DNA of 64,000 bases. It comes from an uncultured Bdellovibrionales bacterium. Its GTDB lineage: Bacteria > Patescibacteriota > Minisyncoccia > Moranbacterales > UBA1568. This document shows positions 8,432 through 17,597 of the stretch, in pieces; within the stretch, counting starts at the first letter, position 1; every line of letters starts with the position of its first letter. The stretch covers positions 19,681 to 83,680 of the forward strand of contig CAYTED010000006.1 in the NCBI GenBank assembly GCA_964436855.1, given 5' to 3'. The position numbers and the translations under genes are program-made. A model generated the notes under the pieces. That model ran no database searches. It saw nothing but the letters and a program-made list of their open reading frames with translations, and was not told where the DNA came from.

Positions 8432-9523
8432 GTGATTGAATACTATAAATATCTCAAAGGCCATTCCTACTACTCCAACCTCTACGACCGCATCACCATA
8501 GAGGAATGCCAGCGTTGGGAAAATAAGGAATATCCTAAATCGCTTAAGGAGACCGATGAGGAGGCAAAGCTTACAAAAGTAAAAGAAGAGTATTTTCATA
8601 AAGTGGTTATCCGGCTTGCCATATACTTTCTCACCGCTGACCGTGCTGCAAAAAAATCTGAAACCATTCAGGAATGGATGAAGCGAGACCAAGAAAAGGA
8701 TGAGCGAGTGGCTAATGCTGAAGAGCCGCGGGGTATCCGTTGTCTTGGTTGCAGTTCGCTTTTAACGAATTGCATTTCTCGAGATCTCATGGATAACCAC
8801 CAAGGACAAGAAGCGGTTCTTTTCATGTTCGAATGTGGAAAATGTCACAAACGCCGAGCCTTTTGGGAGAATGGCAAGGAGTGGGAGCATAAGCCGAAGT
8901 GCATACAGTGCCGATCGGAAGTGGTATCAGAGAATACAAGAGAAGGCGATATTATCACCACTCGATACTCCTGCTCTCATTGTGGCAATGTAGAGGTGGA
9001 CACTATGGATCTGAACAAGAAAGAAGAAGAGGTTGATCCTCACTTTGAGGCGAATCGAAAGAAATATTGTATTTCAGAACTAGAGGGCAAAGAGATCATT
9101 CGTGAATCTCAGGAGATGAAAGAGCTTGTCGATAGCTGGAGAGAAAGGGATGAAAAGAAAGAGTTATACGAAGACATAGCTAAGATCCAGAAACTAACCT
9201 TGGTTGAGCTCCAAACCCTTGTTACCCCGGTCATAGAGAAGGCGGGGTATACCAAGCTTGAGTTTGAGAAGCCTACCTTAGAGAAGGATGTGATCCTCGG
9301 ATTCAGTCTCCAAGATGCTCAATCTGGCCGAGTAGAGTACGATAGCGTCCATAATCTCCAGAAGCTCCTGAAAAAGACCCTTGAGCCAACAAATTGGCGC
9401 CTAATGAGCGAAGGGGTCAGTTATCGCCTTGGATTCCTCCAAGGGCGTTTAAAGGGTGTGGAAGGCGAGGAAAAGCTTAAGCAGCTTCTAGAAACAGAGA
9501 GAAAAAAGAAATCTAGAGAGTAG
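8432..9523 (+). CDS. Hypothetical protein with multiple CxxC (Zn-binding) motifs
   Basis: 363 aa; CLGC, CGKC, CIQC, CSHC. Confidence 0.75.
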   Translation: MIEYYKYLKGHSYYSNLYDRITIEECQRWENKEYPKSLKETDEEAKLTKVKEEYFHKVVIRLAIYFLTADRAAKKSETIQEWMKRDQEKDERVANAEEPRGIRCLGCSSLLTNCISRDLMDNHQGQEAVLFMFECGKCHKRRAFWENGKEWEHKPKCIQCRSEVVSENTREGDIITTRYSCSHCGNVEVDTMDLNKKEEEVDPHFEANRKKYCISELEGKEIIRESQEMKELVDSWRERDEKKELYEDIAKIQKLTLVELQTLVTPVIEKAGYTKLEFEKPTLEKDVILGFSLQDAQSGRVEYDSVHNLQKLLKKTLEPTNWRLMSEGVSYRLGFLQGRLKGVEGEEKLKQLLETERKKKSRE

Positions 9524-9548
9524 AAAATAATCCGGTTTTGCGATTGAT

Positions 9549-10433
9549 ATGAATCCAGAAAACGTGTCGGTTACGTTTTCCATAGTTGTGGCAAATAACA
9601 CCCACAGAAATCATACTAAGTTTTCTGAAGAGTGGAATTTTTCTATTGATCGTTATACCTTCACTCGAATAAGCAAGGATGAAGTAAGAGTTTCCTTTAC
9701 TTTTGATGCTGTTCTAAAGAAATATGATGAGGATTATCGACTCGTTGATGAATGTCCCTCAGAGTATCTCCCCGAATATCAGGAATGCGAGGAAGAAATC
9801 GAAGTTATATTAGATTTACTGTCTCTGGAAGTTGGGGCGGGATTACAGATAAAAGAGGAAAGTTTTCTTTTTGCCTCAGCCACCTGTAGAAATAACGAGT
9901 TTAAGAATAGTCGCTTCATAGTGCCTTCAAAAACAAGGGATATCTATCCTCAATTTGAAATAGAAGATAATAGAAAGCTAGGGCTAGCTCTTCGTCTGTA
10001 TCGGCAGTCGGTGTCTACGAATGATCCTCGGGAACAAATGGTGAAGCTTTTTGCTGCTCTTGAACAACTATTTTCTAATGAAGGGAAGCGAATGTTGACC
10101 AAAGAAGAGATTGACCAGGTTAGAGGAGCTGTGGAGGCCTTGTCTCTTTCGCCAGAAAAAAAGAAGATTATCCTTGATAGAGTTTGTGACATCAGAAAAA
10201 GCTCGAAAACAATGATTGCGGAGAATCTTGAGTTAATGAGCGGTGACGAGCTGATTTCTGAAGAAGAGCGAAAGCAGCTGGTTGGGACTTGGAATAAATA
10301 TAGGTCAGTGATAGCGCATGGGGAGCTTATTTCAAGAAGAGACATGGATTTTGATTATGCTGTTTCTGAAATTGATACGATTGTCGAAGCAATCTTGAAA
10401 AGAAGCATAGAACACAGGATGCGAGAGTCTTAA
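9549..10433 (+). CDS. HEPN-domain protein (ApeA/MauJ-like), putative defence RNase
   Basis: LFAALEQL helix and RSVIAH (Rx4H) near the C-terminus. Confidence 0.65.
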   Translation: MNPENVSVTFSIVVANNTHRNHTKFSEEWNFSIDRYTFTRISKDEVRVSFTFDAVLKKYDEDYRLVDECPSEYLPEYQECEEEIEVILDLLSLEVGAGLQIKEESFLFASATCRNNEFKNSRFIVPSKTRDIYPQFEIEDNRKLGLALRLYRQSVSTNDPREQMVKLFAALEQLFSNEGKRMLTKEEIDQVRGAVEALSLSPEKKKIILDRVCDIRKSSKTMIAENLELMSGDELISEEERKQLVGTWNKYRSVIAHGELISRRDMDFDYAVSEIDTIVEAILKRSIEHRMRES

Positions 10434-10459
10434 GTGGCTTGTGATGGAGAAATAAAAAT

Positions 10460-10487
10460 CACCCGGAAGCACAAGCTTCCGGGTGAA
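10460..10487. terminator. Hairpin between convergent genes
   Basis: tcacccggaagc-acaa-gcttccgggtga. Confidence 0.7.
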
Positions 10488-10500
10488 AAGTTGTCTCATC

Positions 10501-12745
10501 TCACTTCTTCGAATACCTCGAGTAATACGCGCAGACCTCGGTGTTCGGGTCACCAACCGGAGTGCTCCCGTCCTGTTTGAGGCAGGCCCGGATAGTATGC
10601 CACTGGAGCTTCCAAGCGCTGCTCGAGGGAATCGGCCAGCCGTTACCTTCCATATAGTCCTCGTCGGTGCCGCCGGGAGGCAGTTCCGAGGGATGGATGA
10701 CGCCGTAGCCGATGTTCCACCATGCTCCGCCCGTCGCTACCGGACTCGAGATATGGTAGAGGACGGTGACATCGGTGGCGGGAGCGACCGGACCGTCGTT
10801 TCGCACCCAGATATCGGGCTTGATACGGCTTCCCGTGTTGGTGGTACAGCAGCCGACCTCATCCTGGAACTTGGTGATGACAAGCTTGGGCGCCGGTCTC
10901 GGTTGAAGAACGAAGGAGAGGCTCGTGCAGTTGTTCGTCTCGTCCGATTCGGATACCGCTCCTTGGTAGTCGGCACAGAAGTACGCCGTGCAGGCACCGG
11001 TAACGTTCGGGAGAGTGACAGACCCGATGTTTTCCTCGAACGCGGATGCACCAGCGGAAAGCGTGCTCGCCATGGTTCCGTCATCGGCCAGATAGATGAG
11101 ACTGGTACCGGGGCACTGGACGCTGTAGCTGCTGCGGATATCCGCTGGAGAACCGATATTGCCTTGGTTGGTTACCCAAGCGCCGAACCGAGCCTGATCC
11201 CCTGCATAGTACGGAGCCTGCCGGAACTGGAGGCCGCTTGTCACGAAATCGACGAAGCGCGGATCCTGGTTCTCGATCGGATTGGCCGTCACCTCGAAGA
11301 CCGCTTCGGTACTGCAGTTGTTGCTTTCGTGTTTTTCCTGATGGTCACCTCCGTTGTTGTGATCGTCCCGGGGATGATCGATGCAGTAGACGATGTTGTA
11401 GATGCCCGGTTCCGTGATCCACTGACTGATGACCGTGTTTTTGGTCTCGGTATGGGTGTCACCCGGCTTCAGGTTATCGCACTGCGTCGTCGTACTGTCG
11501 ATCCTCTGCCATGCTCCGTCTCCGCTGTGAACATCCTCCTTGTACCCCTTGGAGAGGTAGAAGTGGCCGGTGATGGTACTGATCTCGCCGCTGACACACT
11601 GGCCGTCGCCGATATTCTCGGACTGGGCTTTGGTATCGAAGGACTCGTTCAGGCCGAACTTGTATATCTCATCGCCCCACGGAGTGACGAGCCAAGTCTT
11701 CCGGACGATGAAGTCGGGAAGATTCGGATTCGGAGCGTCGGCCGCTTCGGTAAGATAACCGGCGCCGGCACCATGCACCGCGAGCGTCGCGTTGCCAGCC
11801 ACTACCGTTCCCGTATAGACATTGATGGTATTGACCGTACCGAACGACTGTATTTCAGCGGCACTCGCTACCTTTCCGAAGAAATTGACGATCGCACGCC
11901 ACCATTTCCGCCACCCATGATCCTCGGGGATTCTTTCCTGGGGATTGGGAGCGCTCGTGATGTAGGTCAGGTTGGATTGCAACTCACCACATACACTTGC
12001 ACCTTCTATCTGGGCATACGGTGGGTTGACGATACGATACCAAGACGTCGCCGTCTCGCAGGAAGCTGTCTTCGGCTCCCAGCAGATGTCGCCCTGACAC
12101 ATAGTCTGCGCTTCAGTTGAGGGATTGTAGGCGTAGTGGGTTTGGATGAAGGCAATTGGGTCAATGAAAGTATTAGTACACTGACTGTTTCCATCGCAAG
12201 GATTGGTCCAGAATGAATTATTCATTCTTCCCCAGCCCTTACCACCACCAGTTGGTGGAATACTATCCCCAATACACGCCGAAATGCAGGTGAGCACCAT
12301 TGGCACTGCCATTCCATATGCCGGTTTTCCCAATTGGTTTTCCGGCATAGACATCGTTACCGGCCGGAAGGGTTCCGCTTGAAAGATGGCCGTATAGCGC
12401 GGTAAACACCTGCCCATCATGCGTCTTATGCTTGATGAACAAAGCACAGTTTCCAGGACCCCATGAGGCATCATCGCAATGGCGTTTGTAGATCGTGCCG
12501 TCCGCAATAGCGTAGACTTTGGCATCCAGGCTACGAGTCATCATATCGGTGCCAATATGGTAAACCCCATCAGGTTCATAGCATCCATCACTGAAACGAT
12601 CCCGACCAAGCCATGTCCCACATTGCTGATCGAAACCTGCTGTGCCGATCGGGTAGAAAAACCCAGTTTCCATTTGATCAAGCGCGTAGGTTGCATTCGC
12701 GAACATGCACAAGATCATGAGGATGAATCTCATCACTGCTTTCAT
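10501..12745 (-). pseudogene. Secreted M23 peptidase + CARDB/Ig-like repeat protein, frameshifted near 12265
   Basis: Signal peptide, HIGTD, YGH and HLHFG in 12263-12745; continues in another frame (GDSIPP...) into CARDB-like repeats (ESNNC, ESDETNNC). Confidence 0.75.
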
Positions 12746-12857
12746 GCTTCTCTCCTTGTCGGTGAGTTTGGTTGTGAACGAACTACAGATGTAGCGATGG
12801 AAATATCATCCTACAAAATTCTCGCATCAGACTCGATACGAGAATTATTGCAAGACA

Positions 12858-13511
12858 CTATTCAAGAAACTTGAACGTTTTTGTCATACCAAGAAAAATG
12901 GTGTGCTCATCTACGTGTATATTATTGTTTGGGTCATAATATAGTTGAAAACTAATAGTCCAAGCTTTATCGCTATTAAAGAAATATACACTTTTTTCAC
13001 CGAGTACTATCGCTTTTGTGTTATCGACGGATAGTGATGATAAGTTTTCACCGTAACCAGATTTTCTTTTCTGTAAAAACTCCCTGATAGGCATCGCTTT
13101 TTTATTAAATCGATCAGACGACATCACAAGGATAGCCGCACCCGATTCGCCACCTTCTGAGATAGGATAAGTTGTTCCTTCTTTTCCAAAATACAGATAC
13201 TCTCCTTTTATTTCACTATCTTTGTAAGTATTTACGAGCTTCCAGTTTTTAGGAATCTTCATTTCAAATCCCGCCTCTTCGTTTCGATACGTTTGCCAAT
13301 CAGAGGTATCAATGGGAGCGAAAACATACTCTCCATCAATAAGATCCTTTACACTTTCGATCTCATCATCCTTTGCTGATTGTCGTTCGATTTTTTCCGC
13401 TATTTTCTCTGATTGAGACACATTTTTTATCTTCCACCAAAGAATTCCTGTCCCAGTAAGAACGAGTGCAATGAAAACTACAATAGCTATTTTTTTATGA
13501 TTCATAATCAT
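12858..13511 (-). CDS. Membrane-anchored PsbP-like hypothetical protein
   Basis: N-terminal TM, DTSDWQTYRNEEAGFEMKIP, ends TFKF. Confidence 0.75.
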   Translation of the reverse strand: MIMNHKKIAIVVFIALVLTGTGILWWKIKNVSQSEKIAEKIERQSAKDDEIESVKDLIDGEYVFAPIDTSDWQTYRNEEAGFEMKIPKNWKLVNTYKDSEIKGEYLYFGKEGTTYPISEGGESGAAILVMSSDRFNKKAMPIREFLQKRKSGYGENLSSLSVDNTKAIVLGEKSVYFFNSDKAWTISFQLYYDPNNNIHVDEHTIFLGMTKTFKFLE

Positions 13512-13693
13512 TCGCTAAAGCCTATCGGATTACTCTACATGATTCTTCATATCAGAAATATAAAGAAAAGATAAAATATTTATAAAATCGCCAATCATGC
13601 TTAGTCTAGCGACTGACTGTATAAAATCATGGAATAACCCTTTTGTCAAAGCCAAAAGCGAATAGAAAACTAGTTGGTATTTCGGTGTCGTAT

Positions 13694-13868
13694 GAGACAT
13701 ATAACTGTCTCAGTATGCTAAAATGAGACAAGGGTCGTCTCGTGTCTCATTTGTCTCATTTTATCCCTGAAACCGCGACCCGAGAGCCTCAATTCACTCG
13801 TCGGTCAAGACTTCCAAGAAATCCCTCAACAGCTTGATTTCTCAAAGTTCTAGACCGATGTAGCCCGC
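13694..13868. repeat. Conserved element E, copy 2, at the 3' end of mini-recombinase R2
   Basis: Direct repeat of 4034-4207, offset about 9.66 kb. Confidence 0.92.
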
Positions 13869-14164
13869 AGATAGGAACAAGGCAGGTTTTCGGAAACGCC
13901 AAGGAAGGGGCTCTTGGCTTGAACGCGCAATACTTTGTCCGTCAGTGTGAGGTTCGAACTGATGGCACGCATGATCTGCTTCTTGCATCGACTGTCACCG
14001 GTCTCGTAGCGAAAGAGGGCTTGTTTGCGGAACGAATCGAGTGTGTTCTCGAATTCGAACCGATCCGGACGATCTTCTAAGAGTTCTGAAATTTGAGATT
14101 CAATAGACATAATCTGTCTATCCTCACTCTCGGTAGATTTTCTGGTGTAGATAAAGTATTTCAT
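13850..14164 (-). pseudogene. Internally deleted serine recombinase R2 (N-terminal ~30 aa fused in frame to a C-terminal tail)
   Basis: MKYFIYTRKSTESEDRQ... joined to DRFEF...ISSNLTL...LRATSV*. Confidence 0.85.
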
Positions 14165-14195
14165 AAAGATTTAGAAAAGCCCGCTTCTGGCCTTA

Positions 14196-14261
14196 CTGAA
14201 TTCAAAACGGCTTGAATTTTCGGCGAAAAACGGCTGGCGAGCCCGCGTAGCGGGCGAGCCA
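14196..14261 (+). repeat. 66-bp inverted repeat, left arm (recombinase tail sequence)
   Basis: 65/66 identical to the reverse complement of 15344-15409. Confidence 0.95.
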
Positions 14262-14467
14262 TGGCAACTGAAAACAACATTGGCGAAAATATAAAGAAAC
14301 ACCGCACAAGATTAGGGCTTTCGCAAGAAAATTTTGCCCAAAAGTCTGGTGTGAAGTATACGACTCTTACAAAGATTGAAAGCGGGGTTATTCAAAAGCC
14401 ATCTGTCGTTTTGGTGGCAAAAATTGCTAAAGTCCTCGGTGTTTCTATTGAGGATTTATTGAAATAA
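14261..14467 (+). CDS. XRE-family HTH transcriptional regulator
   Basis: RLGLSQENFAQKSGVKYTTLTKIESG. Confidence 0.9.
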   Translation: MATENNIGENIKKHRTRLGLSQENFAQKSGVKYTTLTKIESGVIQKPSVVLVAKIAKVLGVSIEDLLK

Positions 14468-14468
14468 T

Positions 14469-15185
14469 ATGGAAGAAAAAGAACAACCTAAAAATTTAGA
14501 ATATCGGGATTACATTGAAGGCACGCGTAAAGTGCTTGAACAAAGCAAGACTGAAACAGGACCATATGAAGTAACTGTTTCGGGGAAAAAATTTATTGTT
14601 TTTCCAAATGTTTTTTCTCCGAAATACTTTAACGATACGGAATTATTTGCAGACAACTTTCCGGTCCAAGATGGAGAGGAGATGTTAGAAATAGGTCCTG
14701 GAACGGGTGCCATTTCGATTCTCGCTATTTATAAAGGTGCTGGAAAAGTTTTGGCGATAGATATAAATCCCGATGCAGTAAAAAACACACAGGCCAATAT
14801 CAAACTTCACAATTTGCAAGAAAAGGTTGAAGTTCGGCAAGGTAACTTATATGAGTCCCTTAAATCCGATGAGAAATTTGATACGATATTTTGGAACACG
14901 CCGTTTGGATTTATTGAAGACGAGGATGTGCCAGACCTAGAAAAAGCGGTCTATGATCCTGCATACAAATCAACCGAGAAGTTTATCAGAGAGGCAAAAC
15001 AGCACTTGAAAAAAGGAGGGCGAGTTTTGGTAGGTTTCAGTACGACTTTGGGTAGATTGGATTTGCTTCAAAAATTTGCCGAAGAAGCAGGATTATCTCT
15101 ACGTCTAATTTATGAGGTAGAATCAAAGGAGACACATCCTGTTAAGTTCGAAATTTTTGAAGCCTTACCGATTGAGTCAGAATGA
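14469..15185 (+). CDS. Class I SAM-dependent methyltransferase (HemK/MTS-like)
   Basis: LEIGPGTG, DINP, NTPF motifs. Confidence 0.88.
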   Translation: MEEKEQPKNLEYRDYIEGTRKVLEQSKTETGPYEVTVSGKKFIVFPNVFSPKYFNDTELFADNFPVQDGEEMLEIGPGTGAISILAIYKGAGKVLAIDINPDAVKNTQANIKLHNLQEKVEVRQGNLYESLKSDEKFDTIFWNTPFGFIEDEDVPDLEKAVYDPAYKSTEKFIREAKQHLKKGGRVLVGFSTTLGRLDLLQKFAEEAGLSLRLIYEVESKETHPVKFEIFEALPIESE

Positions 15186-15241
15186 AAATTTGCCGCCAAA
15201 GAAAAACTTGAAATCGTCCTTTCCGCTCCGGTTCAAGGCGA

Positions 15242-15280
15242 GGCGGGCGGAAGGGGGGTGTGGGGGGAATTCCGCCCGCC
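15242..15280. repeat. Hairpin with a GGGGGGTGTGGGGGG loop
   Basis: ggcgggcggaa-G6TGTG6aa-ttccgcccgcc. Confidence 0.8.
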
Positions 15281-15284
15281 GAGC

Positions 15285-15570
15285 CCAGAGAGTTCCGTTC
15301 GGATATTTTCAAACAGACACCGCCAGTTAGGAAATGAAGTCATTGGCTCGCCCGCTACGCGGGCTCGCCAGCCGTTTTTCGCCGAAAATTCAAGCCTTTT
15401 TGAATTCAGCATAAAGTTCGAGCCGACATTTTTAAGAAATGCGCGGATTTGCGTTTTGTCGCCCTACGACAAAAGAATTTTGGCTTGGCTACTCAATAAA
15501 ATCACTTCTCGCATCGGTTCGAGCCAATTATTTCCTTTTTGTTCAAAAGCCGATAATTTCTCTTTGAGAA
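15285..15570 (-). pseudogene. Serine recombinase C-terminal remnant R3
   Basis: Minus strand LKEKLSAFEQKGNNWLEPMR...*...KNVGSNFMLNSKRLEFSAKNGW...NWRCLFENIRTEL with one in-frame stop; 15552-15570 identical to 4481-4499 of R1. Confidence 0.85.
15344..15409 (-). repeat. 66-bp inverted repeat, right arm
   Basis: Pairs with 14196-14261. Confidence 0.95.
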
Positions 15571-15624
15571 TGGGTGCTCTTTTCGTGCCTTGAGAAAAAG
15601 AGATGGGGCGAGTACAATTTTTCT

Positions 15625-16323
15625 ATGATTGCGCCACAAAAAACAATTCGATTACTGGCTCATCCGAAGAAGGCAATGCATGCATCGCGGTTTTTCAAGA
15701 CCGGAAAAGGGGAGTATGGCGAGGGAGATGTTTTTCTGGGACTTACGGTTCCGGAGTCGCGGACGATTGCGAAACAATACCGAGACCTTTCTTTGTCGGA
15801 TATCGAAATATTGCTTCAGTCGAAATATCATGAAGAGCGGTTGGTAGCACTCATTATTCTCGTCGAGCGATTTCGTTCTGGAAATTCACGCGAACGAAAA
15901 ATCATTTTTGATTTTTATAGCGCGCATTTGGATCGGGTGAATAATTGGGACTTAGTTGATATTTCGGCGGATAAAATTGTCGGGGCATATTTGTTCGGGA
16001 AATCGACGCGTCAATTGAATCGATGGATTCGATCGGATATTCTGTGGGAGCGTCGCGTGGCGATGGTCGCGAGTTTCTGGTTTATCAAAGAGGGAAATGC
16101 AACGCTTTCGTTTCATCTTGCGGAACAACTTTTGAATGATAAGGAGGATCTGATGCACAAGGCGGCGGGATGGATGCTTCGTGAGGCGGGGAAGCGGGTT
16201 TCGAAGATTGCTCTCGTGAAATTTTTGGAGAAAAACGCCAGGAAAATGCCACGAACCATGCTTCGGTATGCGATTGAACATTTTCCGGCGCCAGAACGGC
16301 GTCGATTTTTGTCGCTACAATAA
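15625..16323 (+). CDS. DNA alkylation repair protein (AlkD-like)
   Basis: FFKTGKGEYGEGDVFLG, NNWDLVD, HKAAGWMLRE, MPRTMLRYAIE. Confidence 0.9.
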   Translation: MIAPQKTIRLLAHPKKAMHASRFFKTGKGEYGEGDVFLGLTVPESRTIAKQYRDLSLSDIEILLQSKYHEERLVALIILVERFRSGNSRERKIIFDFYSAHLDRVNNWDLVDISADKIVGAYLFGKSTRQLNRWIRSDILWERRVAMVASFWFIKEGNATLSFHLAEQLLNDKEDLMHKAAGWMLREAGKRVSKIALVKFLEKNARKMPRTMLRYAIEHFPAPERRRFLSLQ

Positions 16324-16377
16324 GGCGAAATGGGAGGGTGATATAATAAGGGCGAAATAATTCTGTAAAGCGTGTTT

Positions 16378-17547
16378 ATGAAAAAAACGGTGAAAGGGCA
16401 GACTGGTGCTGTTCGGAGGGATGTGGGAGCGAAAGCGCTTGAACTTCATAAAAAACTGCGGGGAAAAATTTCGGTCGAACCAAAAGCGAAGTTGTCGCCA
16501 GAGACACTGAAGCTTCTCTATACGCCGGGTGTAGGTACGGTGTCGCTTGCGCTTGCGGAGAAGCCGGAGCGAACGGATGAATACACGTGGCGAGGAAATA
16601 CAGTGGCGATTGTGTCGGATGGATCGGCAGTGCTTGGACTCGGGAATATTGGCCCCGAGGGTGCCCTTCCGGTTATGGAGGGGAAGGCATTTCTTTTCAA
16701 GGCACTTGCGGGAATTGATGCAGTACCGATTGTACTTGGGGTGCAGTCAATCGAAAGTGTTGTTGAAACAGTAATGAATATTTCGCCATCATTTGGTGGA
16801 ATTAATTTGGAAGATATTGCTGCGCCGGATTGTTTCGAGATCGAGCAACAATTGAGGGAGCGACTCGATATTCCGGTCATGCACGATGATCAGCATGGCA
16901 CGGCGATGGTGGTACTCGCCGGACTGATCAATGCGCTCAAGGTGGTGAAGAAGCGTCCAAAAGATTGCGTGATTGTGGTTGGTGGCGCGGGCGCTGCTGG
17001 GCAGGCAATTGTCGATCTACTTCTTCGCTTTGGCATAGGAGAGATCTTGGTTGTTGATAGTCGAGGCATTATTCATCACGATCGTCCGGATCTCAATAAA
17101 TACAAGAAAGAAATTGCCGACAAGACGAATCAGTCGCGCGTATCGGGCGATCTTACCGAGGCGCTCGCAGGGGCGGATGTCTTTATCGGGGTGTCTCGAG
17201 GTGGAACGGTGACGGAGGATATGGTGCGGTCGATGGCGTCGAAGCCGATTGTATTTGCACTTGCGAATCCGTATCCGGAGATTTTGCCACCGGATGCTCT
17301 GCGTGGTGGGGCGGCAGTTGTTGCGACGGGACGATCGGATTTTCCAAATCAGATCAATAATGCACTTGGATTTCCGGGGATTTTTCGTGGCGCTCTTGAT
17401 AGGGGTGTACGAGAAATTACCGATGATATGCTCTTTCGCGCATCGAAACGATTGGCGGCGATGGTGAAACGACCGACAGCGGACTCTATTATTCCTTCGG
17501 TGTTTGATAAGCAAGTCGCGAAGGAAGTGGCGAAAGCGATTTACTAG
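16378..17547 (+). CDS. NAD(P)-dependent malic enzyme
   Basis: YTPGV, LPVMEGK, INLEDI, HDDQHGT, GAGAAG, ATGRSDFPNQINN. Confidence 0.95.
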   Translation: MKKTVKGQTGAVRRDVGAKALELHKKLRGKISVEPKAKLSPETLKLLYTPGVGTVSLALAEKPERTDEYTWRGNTVAIVSDGSAVLGLGNIGPEGALPVMEGKAFLFKALAGIDAVPIVLGVQSIESVVETVMNISPSFGGINLEDIAAPDCFEIEQQLRERLDIPVMHDDQHGTAMVVLAGLINALKVVKKRPKDCVIVVGGAGAAGQAIVDLLLRFGIGEILVVDSRGIIHHDRPDLNKYKKEIADKTNQSRVSGDLTEALAGADVFIGVSRGGTVTEDMVRSMASKPIVFALANPYPEILPPDALRGGAAVVATGRSDFPNQINNALGFPGIFRGALDRGVREITDDMLFRASKRLAAMVKRPTADSIIPSVFDKQVAKEVAKAIY

Positions 17548-17597
17548 GCTTGTTTCTTGAAGCGAACAGGCAAAGGGAGTACAATAAAAGAAAAAAA

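Noticed and set aside
10483-12120. 545-aa plus-strand ORF
   Set aside because: Antisense shadow of the GC-rich CARDB gene; no recognisable motifs
15258-15593. 111-aa plus-strand ORF
   Set aside because: The opposite strand carries clear recombinase homology
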